From Parcubacteria group bacterium CG1_02_44_31 (lineage in GTDB: Bacteria; Patescibacteriota; Minisyncoccia; UBA6257; Brennerbacteraceae): a DNA stretch of 42,147 nt. Positions 7,684 through 17,166 of this stretch are shown here, piece after piece. Numbering within the stretch: the first letter of the stretch is position 1; each line of letters begins with the position of its first letter. The notes beneath the pieces are model-generated. The model searched no databases. It was not told the DNA's origin and worked only from the letters and a program-made list of their open reading frames with translations. The DNA lies in contig MNWK01000024.1 of assembly GCA_001872485.1 (NCBI GenBank), forward strand, positions 1-42,147, in the 5' to 3' direction. A program made the translations under genes and the position numbers.

Positions 7684-9177
7684 TTATTTTCTTGGAAATA
7701 ACGCGGGGGTTTGTACAAACTTTACTTTTTTACCTTGCCATGTTTCCAGATGAATGTCCACAATCTGCAATGCATCCAAAATGCGTTGAGCGCTCCATGG
7801 AATAAACGGCAGCAACAGCACGGCGCTATGCCCTAACGCAAACGCAAGCGATGATATTATCGCATCAAATTTCTTTTGCTCTTCAAGGTCAATGCTTCTA
7901 CTCAATGTCCATGGCTTATTCTGATTGATATACTCATCCCCTGCGCTTATCAAAAACGATACAGCGGCCAACGCATCGTTAAACTGGAATTGCTCCATAT
8001 GCGCGCGGTATTTTAATTCTGTTTGTTCAATCGTATCTTTCAAGTCGTTTGGGGAAAACGCAATTTCGCGTCCGGACAACACGCCGAGTTTTACAATTCT
8101 GCTCGCAAGGTTGCCAATGCCGTTTGCAAGGTCTCCGTTGTATCTGGCGATGAATTTTTCTTCTGTGTAATCGCCGTCATCCAACGCCGGCACTTCGCGC
8201 GTGAAAAAATACCTCACCGCATCGGACCCGAACCGCAAAATCAAATCAAACGGGTCAACCACATTGCCAAGCGATTTGGACATTTTTTCCCCACCCGATG
8301 TGATGAATCCGTGCACAAACAATGTTTTATACAACGGCACCCCTGCGGACAACAGCATTGCAGGCCAAATCAACGCATGGAACCGTGAAATATCCTTACC
8401 AACGATTTGCACATCCGGAGGCCAAAACCGCTGGAATTGCGCCCCTGCTTCGGCAAACCCTACGCCCGATAAATAATTGGTTAATGCATCGGCCCACACA
8501 TAAATCACCTGCGAATCGTCGTCCGGGACCGGAATACCCCATGCAAGCTTTTCTTTTGGACGCGAAAAACTCACATCTTTGAGTCCGCGGTTAAGAAACG
8601 CCAAAATCTCGTTTTTGCGGCTCAACGGAATGATTCTAATTTCGTCGCATTCAATAAGTTTTTTCAATTCATCCTGATATTTGGAAAGTCGAAAAAAATA
8701 ATCTTCCTCTTTCAATTCCTCCGGAAGGCATTTGTGAATCGGACATAAACCGTTTTCCAAATCTTTATCAGTTAAAAACGCTTCGCATCCGACGCAATAT
8801 TTGCCGACATAAGTATCTTTGTAAATGTCTCCTGCGGAAACCAACGCATTCCACATTTTGCGCGCGCTCGGCCAGTGTTTGTGTTCGTCCGTGGTGCGGA
8901 TAAAATCGCTGTTTGAAATATTCAACGCTTCGCATAATTTCAAGAATTTTGCTGAATTTTCATCTCCGAGCTCGCGCGGGGACTTCCCATGTTCTTTTGC
9001 CACGTGCGCTGCCTTAGAACCATGTTCGTCCGTACCGGTCAAAAAAAATACATCTTTGCCCAATATGCGTTGATATCGGGCGATTACGTCCGCTTGAATC
9101 AGTTCCAATGCAAACCCAATATGCGGCGGGGCATTAGTATAAGGAATAGCTGTTGTAATGTAAAACTTTTCTTGCAT
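7684..9177 (-). CDS. metG: Methionyl-tRNA synthetase (short form)
   Basis: The 497-aa ORF carries TTAIPYTNAPPHIGF, the Zn knuckle CVGCEAF...CPIHK, and KMSKSLGN. Confidence 0.95.
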   Translation of the reverse strand: MQEKFYITTAIPYTNAPPHIGFALELIQADVIARYQRILGKDVFFLTGTDEHGSKAAHVAKEHGKSPRELGDENSAKFLKLCEALNISNSDFIRTTDEHKHWPSARKMWNALVSAGDIYKDTYVGKYCVGCEAFLTDKDLENGLCPIHKCLPEELKEEDYFFRLSKYQDELKKLIECDEIRIIPLSRKNEILAFLNRGLKDVSFSRPKEKLAWGIPVPDDDSQVIYVWADALTNYLSGVGFAEAGAQFQRFWPPDVQIVGKDISRFHALIWPAMLLSAGVPLYKTLFVHGFITSGGEKMSKSLGNVVDPFDLILRFGSDAVRYFFTREVPALDDGDYTEEKFIARYNGDLANGIGNLASRIVKLGVLSGREIAFSPNDLKDTIEQTELKYRAHMEQFQFNDALAAVSFLISAGDEYINQNKPWTLSRSIDLEEQKKFDAIISSLAFALGHSAVLLLPFIPWSAQRILDALQIVDIHLETWQGKKVKFVQTPALFPRK

Positions 9178-9329
9178 ACCCTGTAGTGAATTTTCAACTT
9201 AATTAACGTTCATTCTCATTACATTATTAATCTTTAGTATACATAACTATTTCTTTTTGTGATACCTAGTGTTTTCTTTTGTCGCTTCGCGACTGTTGAA
9301 AATCTACTACGGGGCATACCCTGTAGTGA
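9178..9329. mobile_element. MITE/REP-like element with 20-nt inverted termini, abutting the metG start codon
   Basis: accctgtagtgaattttcaac (9178-9198) is the inverted repeat of gttgaaaatctactacgggg (9295-9314). It is followed by cat-accctgtagtga (9315-9329), which repeats 9175-9189. Confidence 0.65.
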
Positions 9330-9439
9330 TCCCGTTAATTATTCTATTTATTCCATCTTACAAGTTTAAGGTTGTCCTGTTGCATAGTCTCTGGTTGTTA
9401 TGACGACTACAACAATCTACGGGACTACTACGGGACATA

Positions 9440-9665
9440 CTACTTCTTAAATCCTAAATACCAAACTCTAAATCCTAAACAAATCCTAATTTCTAAATCC
9501 TAAATCCTAAACTTTAAGTCCCTTTTCCTAAACTCTAAACTTTGAGTCTTGAATCCTGGATCCTGAATCGTGAATCATATCAAATCACAAATTTCAAACT
9601 GTTTTGAACATTAGAATTTAGAATCTTGTGCTTGTTTAGAATTTAGCGCTTAGGATTTAGTGCTT
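9440..9665. repeat. Low-complexity fold-back region (aaatcctaa repeats vs ttaggattt/ttagaattt repeats)
   Basis: At least 6 copies of a(a)atcctaa(a) lie in 9448-9530. The complementary ttagaattta/ttaggatttag units lie in 9611-9662. Between them are gaatcctggatcctgaatcgtgaatc microrepeats. Confidence 0.7.
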
Positions 9666-9728
9666 TCCTTTACGCGCGAGCGCAAAGTGTTGAGAGAGAT
9701 TTCGCTCTGTGGAAGCCCGTTGAGCCTT

Positions 9729-9760
9729 GCCTTCGCAAGAACTTTGTTCTTGCGAAGACT
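9729..9760. terminator. Hairpin-B repeat copy (cttcgcaagaac-ttt-gttcttgcgaag), about 35 nt downstream of the glyQS stop
   Basis: The stem is a perfect 12-14 bp inverted repeat. The same hairpin occurs at 14076-14106, 21106-21136, 23195-23231, 23399-23429 and 31345-31375. Confidence 0.5.
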
Positions 9761-9797
9761 TTACTATTTGGATAAAAATGAAGAAATGATGCACGGG

Positions 9798-11135
9798 CTA
9801 CGCGCCGGGCATCCTCTCAATCTTTCTCGGAACAACTGTCTTCCCCACTATATACGATTTGAGCTCGGAAATCGAAACCCGTTCCTGCTTGGCAGTATCG
9901 CGGTCGCGCACTGTTACGGTGCTGTCCTCAAGTGTTTGGAAATCAATTGTCACACAATACGGCGTCCCGATTTCATCTTGGCTGTAATAGCGTTTGCCGA
10001 TATTGCCCCTGTCGTCCCATGCAATATTTAACTGACTACCGACTACTGATGACTGATGACTACCTTTTAATATTTCATATACTTTGCGGGCCTTATGGAC
10101 TAAATCCGGTTTATTGGCTAACAAAGGAAAAACAGCAGTTTTATACGGCGCAATGCTTGGATGTAATTTCAAAATGATTCTATCTTTTTCTTCGGTGTAG
10201 GCATCGAGCATCAAAAATAGGAACGTCCGATCAACCCCACCCGATGTTTCAATAATGTTGGGAACAAACTTCTCGCCAGTTTCCGAATCAGTGTAACTTA
10301 AATCCTGACCGGAAAACTTCGAATGTCGCGATAAATCCCAATCGCCTCTCCAATGAATCCCTTCTATCTCTTTGCCAAACGGCGATGCCGTATATTCAAT
10401 ATCAAATGCTTTCTTGGCATAATGCGCGAGTTTTTCATGTTCATAAAAACCCAGATTTTCCGGGTGCGTAAAAATACTTTTATACCAATGCATCCGTTCT
10501 GCTTTCCAATACTCAAACCATTGTTCCATTTCTGCAGGGCGACAAAACCATTGCAAATCCCACTGTTCGAATTCTCTCTGCCGAAACAAAAAATTCTTCG
10601 GTGTCACTTCATTACGAAACGCCTTGCCGATTTGACAAATGCCAAATGGGATTTTTAATCGACTGCTATTCAAAACATTTTTAAAATCCAAATAAATTGT
10701 CTGGCAGGCTTCCCCCCGAAGATACACGTTTGTTTTGTCGTCTTCAACAACGCCAATCTGGGTCGGAACCAATATATTAAACATTTTTGGTTCAGTCAAT
10801 AACCCGCCACAATCCGGACAGGCATTCTTATTAAGGTCGTCTGCTTTAAATCGATGATGGCATTTTTTGCATTCGACCAATGGGTCAACAAAACTCTGCA
10901 CATGTCCACTGGCATCCCAAACCTTCGGGTGAGTAATAATGGCGCCGTCAATCCCAACCACATTATCGTGTTCGCGAGTCATCCAATTCCACCACAAACT
11001 TTTCAGGTTATTTTTCATTTCAACCCCCAACGGGCCGAAATCATAAAAGCCCTGCAACCCGCCGTAAATTTCACTTCCGGGAAATACAAACCCCCTACGC
11101 TTGCACAAGCTGACTATTTTATCCATTGTATCCAT
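9798..11135 (-). CDS. glyQS: Glycyl-tRNA synthetase (class II, dimeric GlyQS type)
   Basis: The 445-aa ORF has N-terminal RRGFVFPGSEIYGGLQGFYDFGPLGVEMKNN. It also has FRNE (motif 2) and IETSGGVDR (motif 3). Confidence 0.95.
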   Translation of the reverse strand: MDTMDKIVSLCKRRGFVFPGSEIYGGLQGFYDFGPLGVEMKNNLKSLWWNWMTREHDNVVGIDGAIITHPKVWDASGHVQSFVDPLVECKKCHHRFKADDLNKNACPDCGGLLTEPKMFNILVPTQIGVVEDDKTNVYLRGEACQTIYLDFKNVLNSSRLKIPFGICQIGKAFRNEVTPKNFLFRQREFEQWDLQWFCRPAEMEQWFEYWKAERMHWYKSIFTHPENLGFYEHEKLAHYAKKAFDIEYTASPFGKEIEGIHWRGDWDLSRHSKFSGQDLSYTDSETGEKFVPNIIETSGGVDRTFLFLMLDAYTEEKDRIILKLHPSIAPYKTAVFPLLANKPDLVHKARKVYEILKGSHQSSVVGSQLNIAWDDRGNIGKRYYSQDEIGTPYCVTIDFQTLEDSTVTVRDRDTAKQERVSISELKSYIVGKTVVPRKIERMPGA

Positions 11136-11322
11136 AGTGTATAAAATTCCAAATTACAAATAATACCAAATGTCAAAATCTCAATGACCATCGCCGCGTT
11201 AGTAGAATCCTTACTCTTGATCACATTGTCTCTGTTTTAAATTTCCTGCACTTAAATTTACAAAGAAGGGGCGAGAAGACCACCGGTTTTAACCAATGGT
11301 AGTTCACTTAGAGTTCATAATT

Positions 11323-13194
11323 CTACAAGGATACTCTTCCAGTAATCGCATCAACGCTTGAGTCGTCTGGCAGGTCTGACATAATTCCCTGCGTATGCTG
11401 TGATACGACGGTTTGCGTAAACGCATCAGTCGCGTTTGAAGTCGCTTGCCCTAAAATGGGAATTGTTCGTCCAACCTGGTCCACGGACGGTACAACATTC
11501 ACTTGGACAATTAGCTCTTTTTCAGTATACGCTGAAATGCTCGGAATTGTCCAAACAATTTCGTTGGTGCGGGGATTGCACAAAAACCCCTGCGCATCTC
11601 CTTTGACATTGCCCGAACAACTTACACCTGCGGGTAAAACGGTTTGCACTGATATATCGCGAAAATCATTTGCCTGAACAGAAACGCGCATATGAACGCT
11701 GTATGCGGTTGTCTGATTCACGCGAAGCGGCATAGGACCGCTTTGCGCAAAACCGCTTGAATACGGGTCACGATACCACACGGTTGCGGTAAGCCCAATC
11801 ATTCCTTGTATCTTACTCACTATATTCGCCTGGCTTGCAATCGCTGTGCCGATATTTTGGGATGTGTTCGGCGCAGAAATATCCGCATGCACTGCAACCG
11901 TATTATTTATTTGCCCTTGCGTAAATCCTTGCCGTATTTTTACGGAAAACGAAACAGCTCCGCTTTGTCCCGGATTAACAACAAGCAATGCAGGGTCTGT
12001 GCCGCCGTTCCATGTAACGGTTTTATCTTTTGACGAAAACGAGCCGTTGCGCGCCTGCATGGTATCAAGTAAAAACCACGGGTTTGATACATCGGACATA
12101 ATCACCACATCTTTCAAAGAAACAGAGGAATTATTTTGAAATGTCAATGTATACTGCGCGATTTCCCCAAGACTGAGCGCATAATCGGGCTTATTGTTCA
12201 CGCTGATGCTCAAGGTTAAAGGACTGCTAATCACCAATACATTTTTCTGGATTGCTCCAAGTTCAATAGAAACGTTGCGCACCAAAGTCGTGACGCGCAT
12301 AGTAATTTGTTTTCCCTGCCCCGCGCTTGACGCAATCACCCCCTGTACAGAAATGATTGTCTCCGCCTTAGGCTCCAGTTGCGCAAACGCCGCTGTCCTG
12401 GCAGTACCGTCTTGCTTCATATCCGGATCTATTTTGGAAACCGCAAATCCTTCAGGAAATTCAATGCGAACCGTTCCCTGCCCAATACGTGCGGTTCCTA
12501 TATTCGCATACGAAGCGGAAAATGAAAACTGCTGGTCCGGAAGCACTTGTTCCGGAACGCTCATATGAAGAAATACGACATCGGATGCGATATGCGGAGT
12601 ATATGAAATTGTTTTTTGAAACCTGGTGCTCAAAGTTCCGAGTTTGTACCAAACCGTCACATCAATAGTCCTTGCATCATTTTGTTTTCCCCAAAAAACA
12701 GCTGAAAACGTTTCTGTGTGTTCCTGATTTGGCTGCAAATTATCAATCAAACGTTGCGTGGTAGCAAATAATGGTTTTTCCGGAAACACCGTACCCGCAT
12801 CTGCCTTGGTAGCAATCGCAATATCGCTTAATGCGTTGGAGCGGTCTATGTTATGAATTGTCACGGTAAAGGTCGTTGTCGCGCCGGGCTGAACCGACTG
12901 CGGACCCGAGGCCGTAATAGAAACCGCATCTTGCTGGCCCATATGCAAAAATACATTAACCGCAAGGAATCCAATTCCTGCAATTGCAAAAAACACCAAT
13001 GCATACAGAGCTATTTTTTTTACATCAAACGGAAATTTTCGCGCACAATGTTCTTGCGCAACAGGCGTTTGCTGTTTTTGTTCAGCAGAGTGAACCCATG
13101 ATGTTTTTGCCCTCGTGGGGTCAATTTGTGGTTTTGATTGCTCGTTTGGCATAGATTGAAAAGAAAAAATTGAACATGCGTATATTCGTTTCAT
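11323..13194 (-). CDS. Hypothetical membrane-anchored surface protein with repeated DUF11/CARDB-like beta-sandwich segments
   Basis: The 623-aa ORF has one N-terminal TM helix (IALYALVFFAIAGIGFLAVNVF). It then has several segments of the type PG....F.V.I.N typical of Ig-like repeat domains. There are no catalytic motifs. Confidence 0.6.
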   Translation of the reverse strand: MKRIYACSIFSFQSMPNEQSKPQIDPTRAKTSWVHSAEQKQQTPVAQEHCARKFPFDVKKIALYALVFFAIAGIGFLAVNVFLHMGQQDAVSITASGPQSVQPGATTTFTVTIHNIDRSNALSDIAIATKADAGTVFPEKPLFATTQRLIDNLQPNQEHTETFSAVFWGKQNDARTIDVTVWYKLGTLSTRFQKTISYTPHIASDVVFLHMSVPEQVLPDQQFSFSASYANIGTARIGQGTVRIEFPEGFAVSKIDPDMKQDGTARTAAFAQLEPKAETIISVQGVIASSAGQGKQITMRVTTLVRNVSIELGAIQKNVLVISSPLTLSISVNNKPDYALSLGEIAQYTLTFQNNSSVSLKDVVIMSDVSNPWFLLDTMQARNGSFSSKDKTVTWNGGTDPALLVVNPGQSGAVSFSVKIRQGFTQGQINNTVAVHADISAPNTSQNIGTAIASQANIVSKIQGMIGLTATVWYRDPYSSGFAQSGPMPLRVNQTTAYSVHMRVSVQANDFRDISVQTVLPAGVSCSGNVKGDAQGFLCNPRTNEIVWTIPSISAYTEKELIVQVNVVPSVDQVGRTIPILGQATSNATDAFTQTVVSQHTQGIMSDLPDDSSVDAITGRVSL

Positions 13195-13225
13195 TAACCA
13201 ACGGATTCATTATTCGTTGATTTCA

Positions 13226-13972
13226 TTATAGCATGAACTGTTCGCTTTGACGCTCAAAATAATCAGCGCATCTGGTTACTGCTTTTGCATAGTGGTCTTT
13301 CAAAACCCATGTGCCGGACATAATTTGTTGGATTGTTTTAAGCACGCTGTATGAAATGCTGTTTGCGCCCGCGCGTAAGGATACGGCGCACGCATCGCAT
13401 ACGAGCTGGTTATCAGCAAGATACGCTCCGCGCGCGGAAAACTGCTTCCCGCATGAATTACATACGGCTACATCTGGCAAAAATCCAAGCAAAGAAAGCC
13501 CGCGCAACACGCATTGCGCCCTGATAAAATCAAAATCCGTTTCATTGAGCTGCTCGGCATATAATTCCATATGGTCTAAAAAATCACCCCACAGCATAAA
13601 TACTTTTTCCTCGTCGCCTTGCTGCTTGCCAACTATATGCTGAAATTCGTATGAACCAACAAGAGCGGGCAAAAATACATTTAAAAACTGGCTACATTGC
13701 AACACGGCTTTTAACGCATCGCGATTTTTCCGTATGCGCGCGTACGCCAGCTGTTCCAATGCCTGTGTAATCTGCCATCCTTTGCTGGTTGCAATCACCT
13801 CAACCCATGAAAAATGCGGCGCGTCCAAATGTCCTGCAAGCTTGGATTGCGGTTTGCGTACGCTTCGCGCAATGGCAACCACTTTGCCCAATTCCCGCGT
13901 TAACAGCGAATATGCGCGGTCGTACTCAAAAACATCCTGCGAGCCCAAAATAAATGCATTCATGAAAGACAT
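13226..13972 (-). CDS. recO: DNA repair protein RecO
   Basis: It has an OB-fold N-terminus (FILGSQDVFEYDRAYSLLTRELGKV) and a C-terminal Zn finger (CNSCGK...CDAC). The ORF-track start at 14011 lies in a repeat. The ATG at 13972 (or 13963) gives the canonical N-terminus. Confidence 0.8.
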   Translation of the reverse strand: MSFMNAFILGSQDVFEYDRAYSLLTRELGKVVAIARSVRKPQSKLAGHLDAPHFSWVEVIATSKGWQITQALEQLAYARIRKNRDALKAVLQCSQFLNVFLPALVGSYEFQHIVGKQQGDEEKVFMLWGDFLDHMELYAEQLNETDFDFIRAQCVLRGLSLLGFLPDVAVCNSCGKQFSARGAYLADNQLVCDACAVSLRAGANSISYSVLKTIQQIMSGTWVLKDHYAKAVTRCADYFERQSEQFML

Positions 13973-14075
13973 TATACAGTAAAAATCCCAAATCCTAATT
14001 TTTTCAGCCAAAGGCTGGTCCGCCTATGGCGGAAAATCCTAAACAAATTTTAAATTCTAATAACCAATGTCCTAA

Positions 14076-14260
14076 GTCTTCGCAAGAACTTTGTTCTTGC
14101 GAAGACCTTAATATTCCAAATTCAAAACTGTTTTGTATTTTAGGTTTTGGAAATTGGAATTTGTTCAAGATCCATGATTCAAGATCCATGATTCAAGATT
14201 CAAGATCCATGATTTGAAAAGAAGCCCGTGGTCTTCTAACTGAAGGGATAAAAACAAACT
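14076..14260. repeat. Composite intergenic repeat (hairpin-B, ggttttggaaattggaatttgttcaagat, ttcaagat(ccatga) microsatellite, gaagccc.tggtcttct..ctgaaggga)
   Basis: It is co-linear with 21106-21236. It includes the tandem ttcaagatccatga units at 14165-14213. Confidence 0.75.
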
Positions 14261-14399
14261 CTGCGAAATACAGAGTTGCTTTTATCCTTTTCCATCCCGC
14301 AATGCAAGACATTGTTCGAAATTTTGCTTTTGATGAACTACCAAAGTTCTCGCATGTTTTTCAACACTCAATCAGAATTAAATGGTTGGGTACCTACTT

Positions 14400-14696
14400 C
14401 TACGCTGTTTCATTTCGTTGTAAACGCTCCTGGGCAACTCTTAATTCCTTCTTTTTTTCAATAATTCTTTTTCTTAATTCTCTTATTCTTTTTCCTGTGC
14501 CTTCCACAGCTGTTCCTTTTTCTATGTTTTGTAATATGTTCCCTAACTCTGCTTGTAAAGAAGCCAATTCCTGTCTGAGCGTTTTGGTCAGGGCCCTTTG
14601 CGCCTCTAAGGCTTCGGGGCTTCGCTCCAATTCTCTTTCTGCTTTTTCAGTATTCCATTCTGGCCTTGCTGGTTTTTTACCAAACAAACTTGTCAT
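14400..14696 (-). CDS. Hypothetical small coiled-coil protein
   Basis: It is a charged heptad-like sequence (ELERSPEALEAQRALTKTLRQELASLQAELGNILQNIEK...). The first ATG is at 14696, since the ORF-track start at 14708 is TTG. The opposite-strand ORF 14302..14712 looks like a shadow. Confidence 0.45.
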   Translation of the reverse strand: MTSLFGKKPARPEWNTEKAERELERSPEALEAQRALTKTLRQELASLQAELGNILQNIEKGTAVEGTGKRIRELRKRIIEKKKELRVAQERLQRNETA

Positions 14697-14828
14697 ATTT
14701 TTATTCAATTAATTTGTGTACATTGATTCGTTCTCTTCTTGGTTGTTCGTGTTAAAAAATCAAGGTTTCAATACAGATATAATGATGCCACAGAAAACGC
14801 TTTTAATCAAACTTTGGAATTATGTTTT

Positions 14829-16385
14829 TTACGCGCATTGCGCAAGCAAGCTCTGCCCGGACATTTCCTGCGGAATTGGCACGCGCAGTAAATCCAAAAT
14901 TGTCGGCGCCACATCAGCCAAGCTTCCCCGAATTTCCCGCTCGCATAATGCGATTTCACGGCTGGTTCTGTCACGATACCATTGTTTATCAATAAGCATA
15001 AATGGGACCGGATTATCATTATGCGCCGTATCGGGCTGGCCGGTTGTCAAATTCATCATTTGCTCAATATTCCCATGGTCAGAAGTTATGATGAGCGTCG
15101 CATGTGCCGCAAGCGTTGCGCGGATGATACGATTCATAAGTTCATCCGTGTACGCAGCCGCTTGCTTGCCTTTTTCGTAATCGGTCTGATGCCCGGCTGC
15201 GTCGCAATGAACAAAATTCACAACCAATAAATCATACACATGTTCGTCCATGGCTTGAAACAAGCGGCTCGCCAATTCTTCTGACTGCAATTTCACATCT
15301 CCGCTTATTTTTTTTGACGGGATGCTGATGCGATATTCGTTCTGAAACGGTCCGCGATGCAGGCCGTTGAAATAATCATTGACTAAATTTGCTTTCATGG
15401 ATTCGCATATTTTGATGCACCGCTTATTCGCACTGCTAAGCGTTTCGCACAATGAATGTGCAATCGCGTCTTGCGGGAAAAAACACGGAATTAAAACGTG
15501 CTCGCCGTACGATGTCATAGCCGCATACGCAACTCCCTGTGGACGCGCCAATGGAAAAAACGGGAAATCCGGCGCGGTCAACGCGTATGCGATTTGATGC
15601 ATACCGTCATCCCGGAAATTGAAAAATACAACAGCGTCGTTTTGACGAATCTGGCTGTCGTATGTTCCGTCAGAACTTGCAATCCCGGTTGGCTCAATAG
15701 TTTCATCGGTCACGCCGCGGCTATACGCGACATCAAGCGCGGACATCACGGTTGATTGCGCTTTTCCGCCCTCAAGCAAAAAACGCGCAAATGTTTCCGT
15801 GCGCTGCCAATACTCATTAGTATCCATGGCGTAATATCGTCCAGACACGCTTGCGATACGCCCAAGGGCAAGCGATGAACATAGAGATTGAATATGGGGT
15901 AATAACGTTTTCGCTTCGTGCGGAAGCGATTCCTTGCCATCGGTAATTGCATGAATGCGCACATCCGAAACACCGCGGTCTTTTGCTGCGCGCAACAATG
16001 CTTCTATATGTTCCGAAGACGCATGGGTTTTTGCCCTCGACACAATCCCAATGAGATGCAAACGGCCATGAGATTGTGTTATATACGATAAAACTTTTTC
16101 CAACTCCGGATTTTTAAAAAAAGTTCCGTCCTGAATAGCCATGGTAATTTTCGGATATTGCTGATACACAATTCTTCCTGTCCCGAGCGTCAAGTGGCCA
16201 ATTTCACTTGACCCGGCATCGCCCCACGCAAGACCAACTGCAATACCAGATGCTTGCAGCCCGAAATACGGAAAATGCGCCTTGACCCAATCATATGTCG
16301 GCATCGGAACTTCACGCATAGGATTGCCTTGCGCTTGCTTTCCAATACCAAGACCGTCAAGAATAAGAAGAATGACTGGTTTCAT
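14829..16385 (-). CDS. gpmI: 2,3-bisphosphoglycerate-independent phosphoglycerate mutase
   Basis: From the ATG at 16385 the protein starts MKPVILLILDGLGIG, which is the canonical iPGM N-terminus. It also has SEIGHLTLGTGR and TSDHGN motifs. Confidence 0.9.
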   Translation of the reverse strand: MKPVILLILDGLGIGKQAQGNPMREVPMPTYDWVKAHFPYFGLQASGIAVGLAWGDAGSSEIGHLTLGTGRIVYQQYPKITMAIQDGTFFKNPELEKVLSYITQSHGRLHLIGIVSRAKTHASSEHIEALLRAAKDRGVSDVRIHAITDGKESLPHEAKTLLPHIQSLCSSLALGRIASVSGRYYAMDTNEYWQRTETFARFLLEGGKAQSTVMSALDVAYSRGVTDETIEPTGIASSDGTYDSQIRQNDAVVFFNFRDDGMHQIAYALTAPDFPFFPLARPQGVAYAAMTSYGEHVLIPCFFPQDAIAHSLCETLSSANKRCIKICESMKANLVNDYFNGLHRGPFQNEYRISIPSKKISGDVKLQSEELASRLFQAMDEHVYDLLVVNFVHCDAAGHQTDYEKGKQAAAYTDELMNRIIRATLAAHATLIITSDHGNIEQMMNLTTGQPDTAHNDNPVPFMLIDKQWYRDRTSREIALCEREIRGSLADVAPTILDLLRVPIPQEMSGQSLLAQCA

Positions 16386-16494
16386 AAGACATCTTTGTTT
16401 ACAGTATAATCTATCCAGCATATTATCTCAATGTGTCAAAAATGAACTATATGATACAATCTGTCCAAGGAATAATAGTGTAGTTCATATAATT

Positions 16495-17166
16495 ATGCGA
16501 CCAGATAAACAAAGAGCATTTCTTCTCCGAAGAGAAAATAAAAGCTATAATTCAATCGCAAAAATTCTTTCTGTACCTAAAAGTACTTTGTCTGATTGGT
16601 TTAAAAAAGAGGGATGGTCCTTAGTTATTAAGAAGAGGTTGATAAAAAAACAAGGTTATAAATCACGAATAAAGATGAAAGGGCTTAATGCCATCGCAAA
16701 ACAAAAACGGGAGGCATTATATCTACAACAAAGGCAAACTGCTTATGCGCAATTCAGACAATATAAAAACCAACCCCTTTTCCAATCCGGTCTCGCAATT
16801 TATTGGGGTGAGGGAGATAACAAGCTTGAAAATGGTATTATTCGAGTTGCGAATACTGACCCATTCATGTTAAAGTTATTTCATAAATTCCTCAAAACAT
16901 ATCTTCCGGAGATCGGCGATCTTATTAAGGCATATCTTATTTTATATCCGGACTTAAATGATAATACCTGCAAAAAGTTTTGGTCCGCCATTATTCGTGT
17001 TACACCGGATAGATTCCTAAAAAGCCACTACATCACGGGACATCACCCGACAAAGAGGCTTCCACACGGGATATGCACAATCTATATTTCTCGAAGGGCG
17101 TATAAGGAAAGGATTTGTGAGTGGATTGAACTTTATAAAAAAGAAATACGTGCTATGCGGGTGTAG
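16495..17166 (+). CDS. HTH plus LAGLIDADG-like (single-motif) putative homing endonuclease
   Basis: From the ATG at 16495 there is an N-terminal HTH (NKSYNSIAKILSVPKSTLSDWFKK). This is followed by GLAIYWGEGDNKLENGIIRVANTDPFMLKLFHKFLKTYL, which fits the LAGLIDADG helix-GxG-beta-beta-helix pattern. The stop codon lies inside tRNA-Gly. Confidence 0.45.
   Translation: MRPDKQRAFLLRRENKSYNSIAKILSVPKSTLSDWFKKEGWSLVIKKRLIKKQGYKSRIKMKGLNAIAKQKREALYLQQRQTAYAQFRQYKNQPLFQSGLAIYWGEGDNKLENGIIRVANTDPFMLKLFHKFLKTYLPEIGDLIKAYLILYPDLNDNTCKKFWSAIIRVTPDRFLKSHYITGHHPTKRLPHGICTIYISRRAYKERICEWIELYKKEIRAMRV

Noticed and set aside
9660-10031. 123-aa plus-strand ORF spanning the repeat island and the glyQS 3' end
   Set aside because: It starts in low-complexity repeats, runs through hairpin-B and then runs antisense to glyQS. 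It is not credible as a gene.
14302-14712. 136-aa plus-strand ORF overlapping the 14400..14696 minus-strand ORF
   Set aside because: It is the mirror frame of a coiled-coil-encoding sequence. It is hydrophobic and low-complexity and starts inside a hairpin repeat. The minus-strand reading is more protein-like, though itself only moderately supported.
16282-16494. N-terminal 71 codons of ORF 16282..17166
   Set aside because: This part overlaps the 5' end of gpmI on the opposite strand and is shadow-like. A clean ATG at 16495 starts the HTH domain.
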